Source: Octopus vulgaris
Taxonomy: Eukaryota
Length of the DNA stretch: 64,000 bases
NCBI GenBank assembly: GCA_951406725.2
Contig: OX597814.1
Coordinates: 108,810,001-108,874,000 of the forward strand
Direction of reading: 5' to 3'
Part shown: positions 38,281-52,187 of the stretch, piece after piece
Layout: each line of letters begins with the position of its first letter
Position numbering within the stretch: the stretch's first letter is position 1
Notes under the pieces: generated by a model
The model's database searches: none
The model's input: the letters and a program-made list of their open reading frames with translations, nothing else
Told to the model about the DNA's origin: nothing
Made by a program: the position numbers and the translations under genes

Positions 38281-39659
38281 TATCCAGTGGGGTGGCATCA
38301 TTCAAAAGCTGAAATGATACAAAGAGCATTGTGACCAGTGTTGTATAACATCCACCGGTCTGGTCAATCAAGTGATGCTCACACACACACTACATACATA
38401 TCATTATCACTGTTGTAATCATTTTCCTATCTGCTTTTCCATGCTGGCATGGCTTGAATGGGTCATCACCGACTGAGTCGGTTCCTATTCAAGCTTGCTG
38501 TGCTCACAGATGGCTCAGAGAATATGAAGGGCAATAACTCCATTTACATAACTATGTCCATATCTTTATCTATGTCTCTATGTACTTATGAGTGGTGGTA
38601 TGTATGAACACACATGTGTGTATATATGTATATATGCACATATGTATATCTGTAATGGCTGATGAGAGCTATCTTTCAGGTCAAATGTGAAAGGTAGGAC
38701 CTATTTCAAAACAGTCGTTAAATATTTTAATAATCAGTGCTGTCTTTCTCTTTTTATACATATTTATCATCATCACTATCATCATTTTAATACCCTCGTT
38801 TCCCTGCTTGTCTGAGCTGGATGGAATTTGTTGAGGCAGATTTTCTATGGCTGGATGCTTTTCCAGTTGCCAACCTTCACTTGTTTGTAAGTAAGGTAAG
38901 ATTTCCCTGTCTAGACATGTTTCCATGGAAAGAACACAAATAAAGAATACTACTTAGATGATGGTGACATTCATTTACAACCATCATGCTATGTCAAGAG
39001 AAGGAGACAGTAACCCACTGACACATGTGTGCTCATGTGCACACACACACCCACACAGTCACAATCACACGCACACAGTCACAAACCCACATTCACACTG
39101 GAAAAAGTCTGTGATATGTATGTATATTTATAGAGGCAAACAGACAGATAGGTAGACATCAATAGGTGTGTATGTGTGTTATTGTCTTCTTTTCTTGAAC
39201 ATTGGTGCAAACAGGTGCCACTCTCGTACAAGCAGTGTTCTTTGTTTCAAAACTTCCATGAAAATATACCTGGCCATGGAGAAATATTACTTTGGTTGCA
39301 GACAAGTGAGGGTTGGTGATAGGAAGGGTACATAGCTATAGAAAAATGTGACTCAACAAATTATGTCTGACCCATGCAAGCATAGAAAAGTAGACGTTAA
39401 AATGATAATCTCTCTTGCACACACACACACAAGGAGTGTCATTTAAGAAATTATTTAATGACCGCCAGTGATTGCCCAAATATGTTGAAACTGACATTAT
39501 CTCTCCACGAAAAATAGTCAATGCTGATTTAATTATTTTGTATTAAATACAAATTGAGGTAAAAATATGGAGAGGTTGTTTAAAAATTTTGTTAATTTTT
39601 TTTATTATTTAAAACGATTTCAGTTTAAAAAAATGGTCTACTTTATATGGTCTACTTTA

Positions 39660-40025
39660 TATTGTAACAAACTTTTAATTATTAACTGTTTGTGTATTAG
39701 TTCTTAAGAATTGGTTTAGTTTATTGGGTGTTAATTGTAACAAACATCTAATCATCATCTTTTGGTGTATTTGTCTTAAGAAGCGGGGTATACGGTATTG
39801 GGCGTTAATTAAAATTAACTTTTAATTATTATATTTGTATATTAGTTTTTTTTTAAATGGTGTTTTAATTATGCTTAAATGTGTAAATATTAATAAAAAA
39901 TAGTGTACTTAGGGTGTTAATTATAACAAACTTCTATCTGTACTCTAGTTTTTTTTTTAAATGGTGTGCTTTATAAGGTGTTGCTTGTAAACGAAGTTTT
40001 AATTATTTGTCTAGGTATTGGTTCC
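39660..40025. repeat. Degenerate AT-rich tandem repeat, ~73-bp unit, about 5 copies
   Basis: Recurring TGTAACAAAC..TTAATTAT..GTATTAGTT..TTGGGTGTTAAT at ~39663, 39736, 39810, 39921, 39986. Confidence 0.6.
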
Positions 40026-40049
40026 AATATTAAAAAAAAATGCATTCCG

Positions 40050-40876
40050 CTTTTTAATACAACTGACACTATCACGTTCTTATTTTCACTTTCAGTTTCC
40101 TTGCTGTAAATATATAAGGAAAACTACATTTGTCGCTTCTCCCGTAGATATAGTGAAACAAAAACAGTTCACTAAATTGCACGAAACAGAATGAATCTAA
40201 GAGCAAAAAGGACATTAAACGCTGTATTATTAGCGATTATTATTATTAATTGTAATGGTAACGGCTCTGTCTTTGCATCAGAAGCCGAAAGCATGGCCTT
40301 CCTCTGTTCATCGTCAAATCGTTACTCTGGCTTTGGTCACAATCGCGTTTGGTCATAACCTATTGGAAATAATAAATAGGAACTGATTTTGTTTATTAAA
40401 TTGTCAATATGTGACTGTATAATAAAATAAAGTGATATTTTATATTCCTAAGGGATTAGAAAGTATAGAATCAGTGCAAAGAGTAAGCATGTTTGTAGTT
40501 TGTTAATAGTAGCAGCGTGTGTGTGTGTGGACTGAGTGCCGTCTGCTCAAGGCGCACAACGCCTCATCACCGACACGCACATACATTCTATATAGTGAAA
40601 TGTAATGCGAATGAATACATCTCTGATCAGCGCACTAATACATTACTCATAATTCATACATTCCATGGTAAAAATCGATTTAAAAACATAAATATTTCCT
40701 AAGAGACGCTTTTTTCTTCATAAAAACAACTTTGTTTTGATAATTAGAAAAAATTCTGAAAGCATTTATTTGTAAATGTGGCGAGATTTTTCGTGGAACT
40801 ACTTTTAGGTCCACAATAGATCCGCGGAAGAAAATTTCGTCTGTGCCCATTTAACTTTTTTTGAAACAAGTGGAAC
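40050..40876 (+). promoter_or_regulatory. Putative promoter / 5' UTR region
   Basis: Repeat-poor and visibly CpG-retaining compared with the flanks, directly upstream of a candidate ATG exon; no specific core motif claimed. Confidence 0.45.
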
Positions 40877-40987
40877 ATGGCTGGACAAGAAGGTAAAATT
40901 ACTTATGTGAATAACGATGATACTGATTGTATTAAGAAAATCAAAGAAAAGACTGGTATTACGGCGGGACCAGACGCTAAAGTCAAG
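40877..40987 (+). CDS. Probable first coding exon of an unidentified host gene (MAGQEGKITYVNNDDTDCIKKIKEKTGITAGPDAKVK)
   Basis: Strong start context AACATGG, 37 open codons of protein-like composition, canonical donor AAG|GTAAGC (phase 0), unique sequence context. Confidence 0.6.
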
Positions 40988-43781
40988 GTAAGCATTTGCT
41001 TCTATTGCGCTCTTCCAAGCCCGACCTTGTCACCTTAACGTCACATCGACGCCATTAGTATGTGCAGCTCGAAATAGATTCATTCTGTGTTGTCATCTTA
41101 CGCTTTTATTGTACATGGAGATTTATTTGTGTGTATTTATCTTCAGTTAACGTATACTTTAACCAAGTTCTCAGGGAATGTGTCGAGTATCTGACCAGGT
41201 TATAGTTTGTGGTGTGGAGGAGCTGTTAGCAGGAGGTTGAGGGTTCGTTCCGTGTTGGCTCCTGTGGAGGATGTTTGCCTTTAAATTGCGCTGGAATTGC
41301 AGTTTCTCTTTACCTTTCCGATAAATAAACGAAACGATCTTCTCTCTTGATACCAAGAAAAATAAGTTTTTCTGAAATATTTAATATTTTTTTTACTTTT
41401 TAATCTCTAACGAGATGTCTGGAACCAATTTTAAATATTTTCATGTGTCTTAAATTAACTCAATTTATGTTAAAATTGTTTTAAATTTCACCCGGGTTTA
41501 TAAAACGACAAAATAAATTACTGTCGTTAATTATTCACATACAACGAATTATATATCTGGAAACATTAGATATTCCAGATTTTAACTTGCTATCTTATTA
41601 CCAAAATACACCGGAGCACATTGTAAATATTGGTCGAGTGTTATCGATGCAGCATCCCTCCCGGTTCAGAAACGAACAACACTACACACAACATCAGCAA
41701 CTCAAAATGGTGTAAGATTACACAAGAAAGCCTTCCAAAATATAATCTACTACCACCTAGGTTTTCAACATATTAATTAGATCAACTTTAAAATAAAACA
41801 ATACATTTATTAATGATTGTTTTTATCTCGTCAATCAATGCTCATTAGGTAACGTGTCCCATTTTATTAAAAAAACCCTTTGGTTGTGTGCACAGGTAAG
41901 GTCACACGTCACACACACCTTATAATTAACACTTGAGTCCTTATATGCCACATATATCTCTTATTCTACCATACTTTTTGGTGAACTTTTCATAGATTTG
42001 CCTTACTAATTCGTTGTAGAAGGGTAAATGTTTTTATCACCTCTTTTTATTATTTGTTATTTAGTATTTGGCAACCTCTATTAAACCAGTTTTAGTTGAA
42101 GCGTTGCCGCCTGGCCTGCCATTTCGTTCACACACAGACAGATACACATATAAGCATTTATGCACACACACATATATATACTACACATATATAAACATAC
42201 ACACGTACATCTCTCTCTCTCCACACACACAGATATGGTATGAAAAGAAGAGAAGGGTTTTTGTAAGGTTTATAATATATTCGTACATTTTGTGTGTGTT
42301 GAGGGAGAAAATATAAAACGGTAAACCATGATGGAATTGCACCTGAGTAGCAGTGTTCTTTCACCACATTTTGGGTTATTAGAATAAAGTGATCCTACCT
42401 GCTATCACACACACAATACTCCCAAATTACCCGTGAGATGTAGAAAAACACTTAGAAACCTTATTTTCGCGTTCTTGGAATCTCTCTTCTATATTGTATC
42501 CCACTCAACACTGTTAAAACTGTTTTGATTACACACACACACACACACAAAGAAATACATACATGCAGTCAGATATACATACATACGTGCACACTCGTCC
42601 ATACATGCACTCACATACATACATACAGTTTATGTGTTAGAATTTATTTTTAAAGAATATCTTTGCTATTTGTGTCTCAGTTGTGTGTGACTGGTGCCAC
42701 CACCGTTTCACTGCCAACTCTCTTATTTACAGTGCAAAGCAGTCGGCATTCTAATCTATATAGCTTCTCTCTCTCTCGTCTCCTTTGTGTTTGCCTTCTT
42801 TTGCTCACAAAACTACTCAAAATTATCGACACCAGACCCTTTCTGTTCTTTAACCTTTCTACACCTTACTAAATACACAGCAAATGTTTAAGCGAAACTA
42901 TTTAAATTTAGTGAGGTACGTTCTCTGTGAATCGAAACCGTCAACCCGGTATAATTCCAGCTTGAAAACGTCTCACTGCATTTATGTGGCTAAACCATCC
43001 AGTGAGATGTGGGAAGGAAAGCATGAATAGTGAACACTCATGCTTCTGTAAATACGAGGTCTTGTGCCTATGTAGGAGTCATATCAAATACTTAATTTTC
43101 ATTCATTCATCAACGATTAAAATTAATGATTTCCTGAACAGATTTACCTCAAAACGAATTTTTCAAACCAAAAGACAGTCACGATTTATTATAAAAAAAG
43201 AAAGAAAATAAATTGATTTAAATTTTTAACATGGGTTCATTGAAGTTGTATTACCCAAATAGAAATCATTAAATTGTCGCAACTTGTTTAAATGTTTAAT
43301 TTTGATACTTCGAACTTCCAGGCAACGGACTTAGTGCGCGCTCGTCTTTGTATGTATGTGTATATATAAATGTGTGTCTATATTGTTTTTATGACAAGTT
43401 ACATCTAAAAAAAAAACCGGAAGATTACTCAATACTTTAGTAGGGTATATGCTTCTTAAAATTTTACAAAGAAATGGTTGATAGTGACTTAGAAGTTTCG
43501 GCTTGCTTGCCTTCGTCAGTCTGCCATGTGTGTGTGTGTGTGTGTGTAAATACCTATATGTCTGTGTGTTATCAATTCATTTTATGACTTGATTAGTAAC
43601 CAGTTGTTAACTTGTTAAACTCGTTTTTCTTTTTCTCTCCTTCTTTCGACCAGAATTAGTCAGAAAAACCGTGTTAAAATTTTTGAAATCTTTTTCTCTT
43701 TTCTACAGGAACTTTAATTGTAGCTTTTTATATATCGAGACAAACGTGTGTATGTGAATTGAATTTTGAATATCTTATTTT

Positions 43782-43822
<41 letters not shown>

Positions 43823-43918
43823 GGCGTAGGTAAAGAATACGTACACCACCGGTTTTCGGCGTAACAAAAGCCCTAAGCTTAAACCATAACCACCTGGTGT
43901 ACGTATTCTTTACCTTCG

Positions 43919-43920
<2 letters not shown>
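43823..43920. mobile_element. 98-bp MITE inserted in (TA)n
   Basis: 26-bp TIR GGCGTAGGTAAAGAATACGTACACCA / TGGTGTACGTATTCTTTACCTTCGCC (1 mismatch), (TA)n on both sides. Confidence 0.85.
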
Positions 43921-43965
<45 letters not shown>

Positions 43966-45789
43966 GCAGAATAATGTGGAGGTTTAAATATTAAACCTCT
44001 AAATGTATTGAGTGCTACTTTTCGTTTGTTCACCCACTTGTACTTGTTTATGCACGAGTGACTTATATATAATGCTTTAACGGATACCAAACGTTATAAG
44101 CGGTATATGTTGCTGTCATTGATTTGATGTTACTAATCTTAAGAACGCACGTGAGGTGTGTGTTTATGTTTGTCTCATCATCTTTTAACACCCATCTACC
44201 ATGTTTGGCATAGGTTGGACGGTTTGACAGGATCCAACGGGTCTGAAGACTGCATCATGCTCCCAAGTCTGCTTTCACAGTGTGGACTGAGTACTATGTT
44301 CGTGGTACAAGCAGCATGAAGTCACCATGCAACGTGCAAATTGAAGGGCCTAAATCGCCCCTACAACTAACTGAAGGAGAATAAAAGAGACAGTTCAATG
44401 ATTTTAGTGAAGAGGGAGAGAAAAAAGTATGATGAGAGGAATAGATTAATAGTTGAGAATGTGGTGGGAGTGGAGATAATAATAAAGCAGAGTAAACAGT
44501 GTTAGTAGGAGGGAGTCTGGAAGGGGGGCAAGGGAAAAGGATGGGATGGGTTTAGTGAGAAAGGGAGGGACAGAGTGGGGAGGTGATGAGATGGATCAAG
44601 TAGAGGCATGGTGCAGTGAGCACTGAATTAACTATTAAACCAAATAAGCATGTGCTTAGGGAATCAAGGCAAGTGGGGGGGGGGGGGGGCACCACAGAAA
44701 TGGTAAATGATTTACAGTACAAAAGAAATCACTTTAAATGTATTAAACTTGATACATGAAGTGGTTTATAAAATTGGTAATATAATTTCAAAGTGTTTAT
44801 GATTTCATAGTGAAGATCTAATCGAAGACTTTGCGAAGAAAAAAAGTGAGAGAAAACTTTCCAAATATAATTAAGGTGGAAGTATTACAAAACTAAACAT
44901 TCCTTTCCATCTTGCTGTTAGTTTTGTTGCATTTTGAAAAATAGAAATTTATATTATGGTTTATTATTGTTTACATTTTGAATTACATATATATGGGGAC
45001 ACCAAAATCAAAAGTGCTTAGGGCTTGTGTGGGTCTTCATCTGGCCCTGGGTGCAGTGCTATCCTACATTGTAAGGGCAAGTATAGACTGGTGTAAGGGT
45101 AAAGGAACAAGAAAGGGAAAAAATAAACGAGAGTTGCAAGATTTTTGGAGAGAATCATTAAAAGGAAGGAAGATGTGGTGGTGGGGATCATGGACACAAG
45201 CCAGATAGGGAGAGATGGGAGACAGATATTAAGGTGGTGGAGAAACCAGTATGATAAAACAAGATGTGGGGTTGGGGAATAATGGGTGATTGCAGCAAGA
45301 GCAATGAAGGAAAGAGAAAAAAAAATCTCCCAGGTAAGAAGGCTGTGGAGGTGGGTGAAAGCAGTGAGGGAAAGAAAAGACAGGAATCATGGAGTGGAAG
45401 AAGTAAGGATGCAAAGTAAGGGGGAAAGGGAGGTGGTATGGTAGAGGGACAAAAGAAGAGAAGGGGAGACCCAAGAAGACATGGCGAGTCACCTTCAAAG
45501 TAGATCTGAAGTAACTTAGCATCGCTTGGGTAGATGTAGGTGACTATGAACAAAACTGGGATGATTGGAGACAGCTTGCAGGCCAATTGTATCGCAAGAA
45601 CTGAGGCTAAGACACGTGTGTGTGTCATATATATGCAATTTTTCAATCTTTCAGGTTGAAAATGATTGCAGGATGTACAAGCTCATCTGCACTATCAGGG
45701 CATGAAACACATTGCTATTCACATTTAAATCCTGTGTTTATTAAATGATATTTATCTCTCACTGGTTGGAGCACTTATTTTAGTGATCT

Positions 45790-46086
45790 CATAAGTGCGG
45801 GAATGAAATTTGCTTAGGGGGTGCAAACCCAGGTCCAAAATTTTTTAAAAACAATGGCAATTTTTTTTCAATCAAAATAAACACAGCTATAACAATAATA
45901 ATAATTATTGTATCAGTCCAATCAGATAAATCCAATAATGGAAAAGTAATGTTTCAAACCGTTACAAAAATGTTTCTATACTCATTTGTTTTGGCAATGT
46001 AGTTTTTCTGGAGGATGTTCAAAGTTTTTGCATTGTGTACTGATAAAAAATTTTAGCGGGGTGCAAGCGCACCCCATTCCCTTATG
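45790..46086. mobile_element. Old MITE-like element
   Basis: Imperfect TIR CATAAG..GGGAATG / CATTCCCTTATG, subterminal GGGGTGCA motifs at both ends. Confidence 0.5.
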
Positions 46087-46447
46087 GTCCCATCATACAA
46101 ATGGTATACTGTATATATGTATTGTATGTATGTATTATGGTTTCTAAAACTACCCATGTGTTAAGGTACATTTTGCCAGGGATGGACAGATTTTCTGTTG
46201 CACTGCATGTTGCTAAACAGTATGGTTCTTTGACATCTCCTATGTGAGATGCCTCAGCTTTAGATCTGCCTTTACCACTTTGTACCATATTTTTCTTGAT
46301 CTCTCCCTTCTGCAGCTTTTACTAACTTGGAGCACTCAACACTTCCTCGTGCTGGGGTCATCCTCCATACTCATTGCATGCCCATACCAGTTCAGCCCCT
46401 TTTCTTGTTCATTCATTGGAGGATTGGCTTTGTTTCTGTGAAGGCAG

Positions 46448-46557
46448 ACATTGGGACTGGAGGCAAAGGAAGAGTGACTTTGGGACCAGAAGCAAGGGAG
46501 GAGGGGTGACTTTGAGACCAGAAGCAAGGGGAAGTGACATCACTTCAAGGAGCAAGG
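46448..46557. repeat. ~30-bp minisatellite, 3-4 copies
   Basis: GTGACTTTG(G/A)GACCAGAAGCAAGGG repeated. Confidence 0.65.
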
Positions 46558-46744
46558 CATTTGGATGACCTCTTTCTTTATCAGGGTATTGAGGGGGAAC
46601 AGACATGTGGAAAGGATCTCCGAGGGAGAGTAGTTTCTGGCTAGAGGTTGGAGTAGTGTACATGTGCATGTATGGCCAACAAGTTTTGCTGGTCCTTGTA
46701 AAGCAAAACTGAATACGCTGTTCTGATTTCATTTGAACAACATC

Positions 46745-47135
46745 AGATGATATTAACCGAAGAGAATTCTTCTAGTCTTCACATGTCAAATGCAATTGAA
46801 ACCCATGTCGTGCCACCATGCGACATCATATTCCTGACACAAGTATCACATATTGTATCCTTTTCTCTGGGGCAAAAGACCTTTGTTGGCAACAGTGGTA
46901 GTAATGCGCTGGACTTTTCCCAACCTGTTCTTATCCTGGCTACAGTACTTTCTGTTACAACCACCTCACTTTCTAAACAAAAGGCATGGACTACTTTTAG
47001 TGAGCCGTCCAGGCATTTAAATGAACCTACTTCCACTGTGCTTTTAATATGTATTGCTCCACTGCATCTGCCACATACCTCTGTCAGCCTGCCTCTCATT
47101 CCACTACATCTCTTATGTATCTATAGCTTACATTA
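46745..47135 (-). mobile_element. Old RTE fragment
   Basis: Minus ORF CGRCSGAI..VARIRTGW..LLPLL..CVRNMMSHG..TW. Confidence 0.75.
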
Positions 47136-47159
47136 GGTTCAGTACACACACACACACAT

Positions 47160-47523
47160 ATGGCTGTGTGGTAAGAAGTTTGCTTTCCCAACCACTTGAT
47201 TCCAGGTTCAGACCCACTGTGTGGTATCTTGGGCAAATGTTTTCTAATGTAGCCTTGGGCCGACCAAAGCCTTGTGAGTGGATTTGGTAAACAGAAACTG
47301 AAAGAAGCCTGTCATATGTATATTTATATATATGTGTGTGTCTGTGTTTGTCTCCCCACCATTGCTTGATAACTGATGTTAGTGTGTTTATGTCCCTGTA
47401 ACTTTGTGTTTGGCAAAAGAGACTGATAGAATAAGTTCTGGGAGTCGGTTTTTCTTTGACTAAAGGTGGTACTCCAGCATGGCCACAGTCAAATGACTGA
47501 AACAAGTAGAAGAATAAAAGAAT
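47160..47523 (+). mobile_element. SINE family A
   Basis: Full length, homologous to 981-1388. Confidence 0.88.
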
Positions 47524-47649
47524 ATATATATGTATAAATGAGTGTGTGTGTGTGTGTGCATATTTATATACCTATGTATATGTATATATGTATTTATATT
47601 TGCATGTATATATAAGTTTATATATATGTGTGTGTGTGTCTGTGAGCGT

Positions 47650-47930
47650 ATATGGCCTGGTGGATGGAATGTTGTACTCATGATTGTGAGATCATGGTTT
47701 CAATTCCTAGACCAGGAGGTGTATTGTGTTCTTGAGCAAAACACTCCATCTCATGTTGCTCTTCAATCATTTCAGCCCCTGACGCATGGCACACCGTGCA
47801 CCTGTTTAAACAACGTTGATTTGATGGAAGGAGTGAGCTAATGTGCAACACAAACATTAGATCCCTATAAACAAATCATTTGTTCAGGTCATTTGGCAAA
47901 AGTTGAACGCTCACACATCATCTTCAATGG
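47650..47930 (+). mobile_element. SINE family C-related copy with a different tail
   Basis: Head shared with 18695-18938 (GTGTTCTTGAGCAAAACACT). Confidence 0.6.
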
Positions 47931-47937
47931 GAGAGGC

Positions 47938-48490
47938 CATCATCATCATTTAACGTCTGTTGTCCATGCTGGCATGTGTTGGACAGTTTGACTGTGCTGG
48001 CACGCTGGACAACTGCACCAGACTCTAGTCTGATTTGGCATGGTTTTCTATGGCTGAAGCACTTCGAGTGTGTGATGCGTGTTTTAATGTGCCATTTGTG
48101 TGACACTGGGGTGTTTTTATGTGCCAATTTGCATGACACCGGTATCTACCCTGACTATGATTTTGCTCGGCTTCATGGGTCTTCTTCTCAAGCACAACAT
48201 AATGCCAAAAGTCTCAGTCATTGCCTCTGTGAGGCCCAACACTTGAAAGAATCTCAGCTAATTTGACACTTTATATATATGCATGTGTATGTATAATGTC
48301 CGTTTTCCATGCTAGCATGGGTTGGACGGTTCGACCAGGGTCTGGGAAGCCAGGAGGCTGCACCAGGCTCCAGTCTGATCTGGTAGTGTTTCTACAGCTG
48401 AATGCCCTTCCTAACACCAACCACTCCGTGAGTGTAGTGGGTGCTTTTTACGTGCCACCGGCACAGGGGCCAGATGAGGCTGGCAAGGCC
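47938..48490 (-). mobile_element. Two RTE 3' UTR/tail fragments
   Basis: Tails begin at ~47938 and ~48295. Confidence 0.8.
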
Positions 48491-48499
48491 ATGTTGGAC

Positions 48500-48680
48500 C
48501 ACTAAACTCAACACATTTATTCCATTCTCTCTCTATTTATTTCCGCTTATTCCTTTCTGTCGAAATGTATAGGCTCGAAACGTAAAAGTCGTATCTATTT
48601 TTCCCGAGCATCAAACTAATACACTTGCTTGTTATTCCTACACCTGTCTTTGTCTTTGCTTTTTTATAAATTTGAACTAT
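48500..48680 (+). mobile_element. PLE-like terminal repeat (family H2), decayed
   Basis: CCTTTCTGTCGAAATGTATAGGCTCGAAACGTAAAAG; homologous to 29850-30035. Confidence 0.65.
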
Positions 48681-48829
48681 GTATGTATAAATGCATGTAT
48701 ATATATGTATATATGCATGTGTATATATATGTATTTATGTATATATGTGTATAGATGTATATACATATATGTATATGTGTCTACTCACAGATATGTGCAT
48801 ATTTTAAATTTTAATATATATCTATAAAG

Positions 48830-49370
48830 CAAGCTGGCAGAACCATTAGTACACTGGGTGAAATGCTTAGCGGTATTTTGTCTCTCTTTACATTCTGAGT
48901 TCAAATTCCGCCAAGGTCAATTTTGCCTTTCATAATTTTGGGGTTGATAAATTAAGTACCAGTTGCATACTGGGACAATCTACTTGACTCCCCCCTCTCC
49001 AAAAATGTCAGGCCTTGTGCCTAGAGGAGAAAAGAGTGGCTGTGTGGTAAGTAGCTTGCTAACCAACCACATGGTTCCGGGTTCAGTCCCACTGCGTGGC
49101 ATCTTGGGCAAGTGTCTTCTGCTATAGCCCCAGGCCGACCAATGCCTTGTGAGTGGATTTGGTAGATGGAAACTGAAAGAAGCCTGTCATTATATATACG
49201 TGTATGTGTGTGTGTTTACGTCCACATCACTTAGCGGTTCGGCAAAAGAGACCGCTAGAATAAGTACTGGGCTTACAAAGAATAAGTCCCGGGGTCAATT
49301 TGCTCGACTAAAAGGTGGTGCTCCAGCATGGCTGCAGTCAAATGACTGAAACAAGTAGAAGAGTAAAGAG
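48830..49370 (+). mobile_element. Adjacent SINE B (48830-49033) and SINE A (49035-49370)
   Basis: Direct similarity to the other copies of each family. Confidence 0.87.
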
Positions 49371-50129
49371 TATATATATATATATAATGTACACATAGAT
49401 ACATACATAGTGTTTTATTGAAGCTGAAAAACTTTAGCAACTGTTTCTCACTTTCACACAACTGATTAGCAGACTGAAATGTATATTCCATAATCTGTTA
49501 CTTGAAACTCTGAGTGACAGTTTGTGAAGTTTTTCAGCTTCAAGGAAACATATTCTATTCTGCTTTTTGTTATTCAAGTTTTATTTTCTCCTCCTTGTTT
49601 ATCACCCATGTGTTCAAATGTGTGTGTGTGTGTGTACATATATTTATTCCAGGGTATGGGAAGTTCAAAAGAAGTTACATTTAGCCACATGGAATAAAAG
49701 AATTCAAAGATAGGTCTGAAAGTGAATAGAATACTTAATCCATAATTTTTAGGCCAACAAAATATATTTACATATGCATACGTAATTCCCTGATACTACC
49801 TTCCCCTCTACTCTACCTTTTCCTGCCCATTACCCTCTTCCATCTCATCTCTCTGTCACACACCACTTTACCCATCTATGTATCAGGTGGGGTGGCATTA
49901 TGCACCCTCCTAAACTCTCCCCACTGTCTTTTCACTCTAACTCTTTCTCACTAAACTCCCTGATGTTAGTTTTCATATTTTGAGAAGCACTTCCATTAGA
50001 GAAGTGACTGTACTTAATGTATGCAAAAATGAGTACATGGGTGTACGAAAGGATTTTACATGGGATGCACCACATGGAATGCATGGTGATGCTTATATCT
50101 ACCTTTTGACAGGTGTTTTTCATCATGCA

Positions 50130-51760
50130 GGATGTCTAAAAAGCAGTTTGAGGGTTAAGATGCTAGTATAGCCATTGACTGCTCAGCTATGCACGAAGTG
50201 TGCATAAACATCACATGTTCATACCAGTGCAGTCTTATCTCTTGCACACAAAACCTGATTCCTCTTATATTCACTTCTTTTCTCAGCTCATTAGCACACC
50301 ACTCTTTATTGATACTGTCATTATACATCCATCAGAGCATACTTGTCTCATTTTTTTTCAGCTTTCACAAATCCTCTGTATTCAATGCCTACATCTCAAT
50401 ACCATTCACCATCATACACTGTACACAACCATTCCGCAATCTACTCTTCTTTCTGAAAGGGAACTCAGAGAAAATCCTTTTCAACTTGCTTTTAGCCTGT
50501 CGACCGTGCTGGCAGAATACCCTCGTTCACTAGTAATTAGGTCAAATAGACAACCAAAACTATCAGCTTCCTCTAGAGCTTTCATATCTATTTCATGTGT
50601 ACTTTTACTGCTCATGTGTGTCTACCACATACAAAGACTACCTTCTTTAACGGTTTGCCTGCGATTCCACTGCCTCTTGCGTGTCCGTAGTTTACACTGA
50701 ATGTACTGCCTGGAATAGCCAACCACTCCTTTTGTACACATCAAGTACAGTCACTTTTCCATGTCAGAGTCCTCAACGACTTCTGTAATATTAACTAAAA
50801 CTTGAGTTTTTGTTAGGTTTATTTTGAGGTCTCTTGATTCTAGGTTTTGCTTCTAAGTTTGGAATTCCTTCTCTGAATCTTTGACAGATTCAGTTTAGAA
50901 GACTAATTCATTGGTGTACAAGGAGTTCCACAGAGATTAGTTTTAAATTCCTCTATTTTGGTCTGGAGAATTACAATGCGCTGGAGTGTTCTGAGAACCA
51001 AGTCCTGATGAATAACTATCAATGTTTGCCAACTCTCACCTTGCAGTTAGCATTTTGGTACATAACTTGCACTGCTCTCACAAGCCATTCATCTACACCT
51101 TGTTTTCTTAACGATCACCTAACTATGATGAATGTTAAAGAAAAGTGGTTTCTCTTGACTAAATACTTCTATAGTTGTTTCACCAGGAAGAGTGTATCAA
51201 ATCTAATCTGCATCTCCTACTAGTTTACTTTCAAATCAGCTGTGTTATAACTCTTTCCAGTAACCATCATAACTGTGACCATCAATGTAATGCCTCTGTG
51301 GTTGCCTCTCTCTCTCTCCTCCTCCCTCTCTCTTTAACATCTCCTTTACCCTTTTTGCAGTTAATGATGTTACTGCTACACTAATCATCAGCTATAACGT
51401 CTCCCTCTATGTGACACTTAATAGACTATGTTAGTGACCAGTGCATGACGTACTGCACCAAATATTTAAACATCTCTGAGGCTAACTCTGGTGATTCAGT
51501 TACCTTTCCAGATTACATTTCCTTAATTGTGTTTTCAACCACATAACTATCAATAACAACATCTGGTCATTCTGTTGGGTCGACTTGTTTGAGCAGGCTC
51601 CCTTCCATGCCTCTTTCTTTATGGTGTCAGTGAGGGCATGTATGATGCTTTCATTCCATATACACTTCTCCTCCTCAACATTACGCTGGTTTGCAATTTT
51701 GGACCCCACACAATTTTGGATCCTTACATCACAGAACATGAAAACCTTTTACTTTTGACT
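50130..51760 (-). mobile_element. Highly degenerate older RTE copy
   Basis: Collinear similarity to the RTE at 4400-6250 (linker, RT, PHD region, C-terminus); no long ORF. Confidence 0.7.
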
Positions 51761-52187
51761 GTATGTGTGTGTGTGTATATATATATGTATGTATATAGCT
51801 TCTCTTCTATCTACTTCATATTGTCTTTTGCTCCTCACACGGTCATGCATGCTGCATGGCAGCCTCACTAGTGTTGCTACCATGAAAAAAGCAGCCAGTA
51901 CACACTGTAAAGTGGTTGGTATTAAGAAGGGCATCCAGCCATAGAAACCATACAAAACCAGACACTAGAACGGGAAGCAGTCCTATCAAATCCTGTCAAA
52001 CTGCCCAACCCATATAAGCATGGCACATGGGTGTTAAATGATGATGATGATGATGATGATAAATGTATGTCTAAAAAACCCTAAAATCAGTCATTGCAGA
52101 TATGGGAGTCTCCCAGTAATGTATTCTGGGACCTTTCTGAAATATACTCTGAAATAGTTTATCTGAAGTACAGTGAACGTGCACCTT

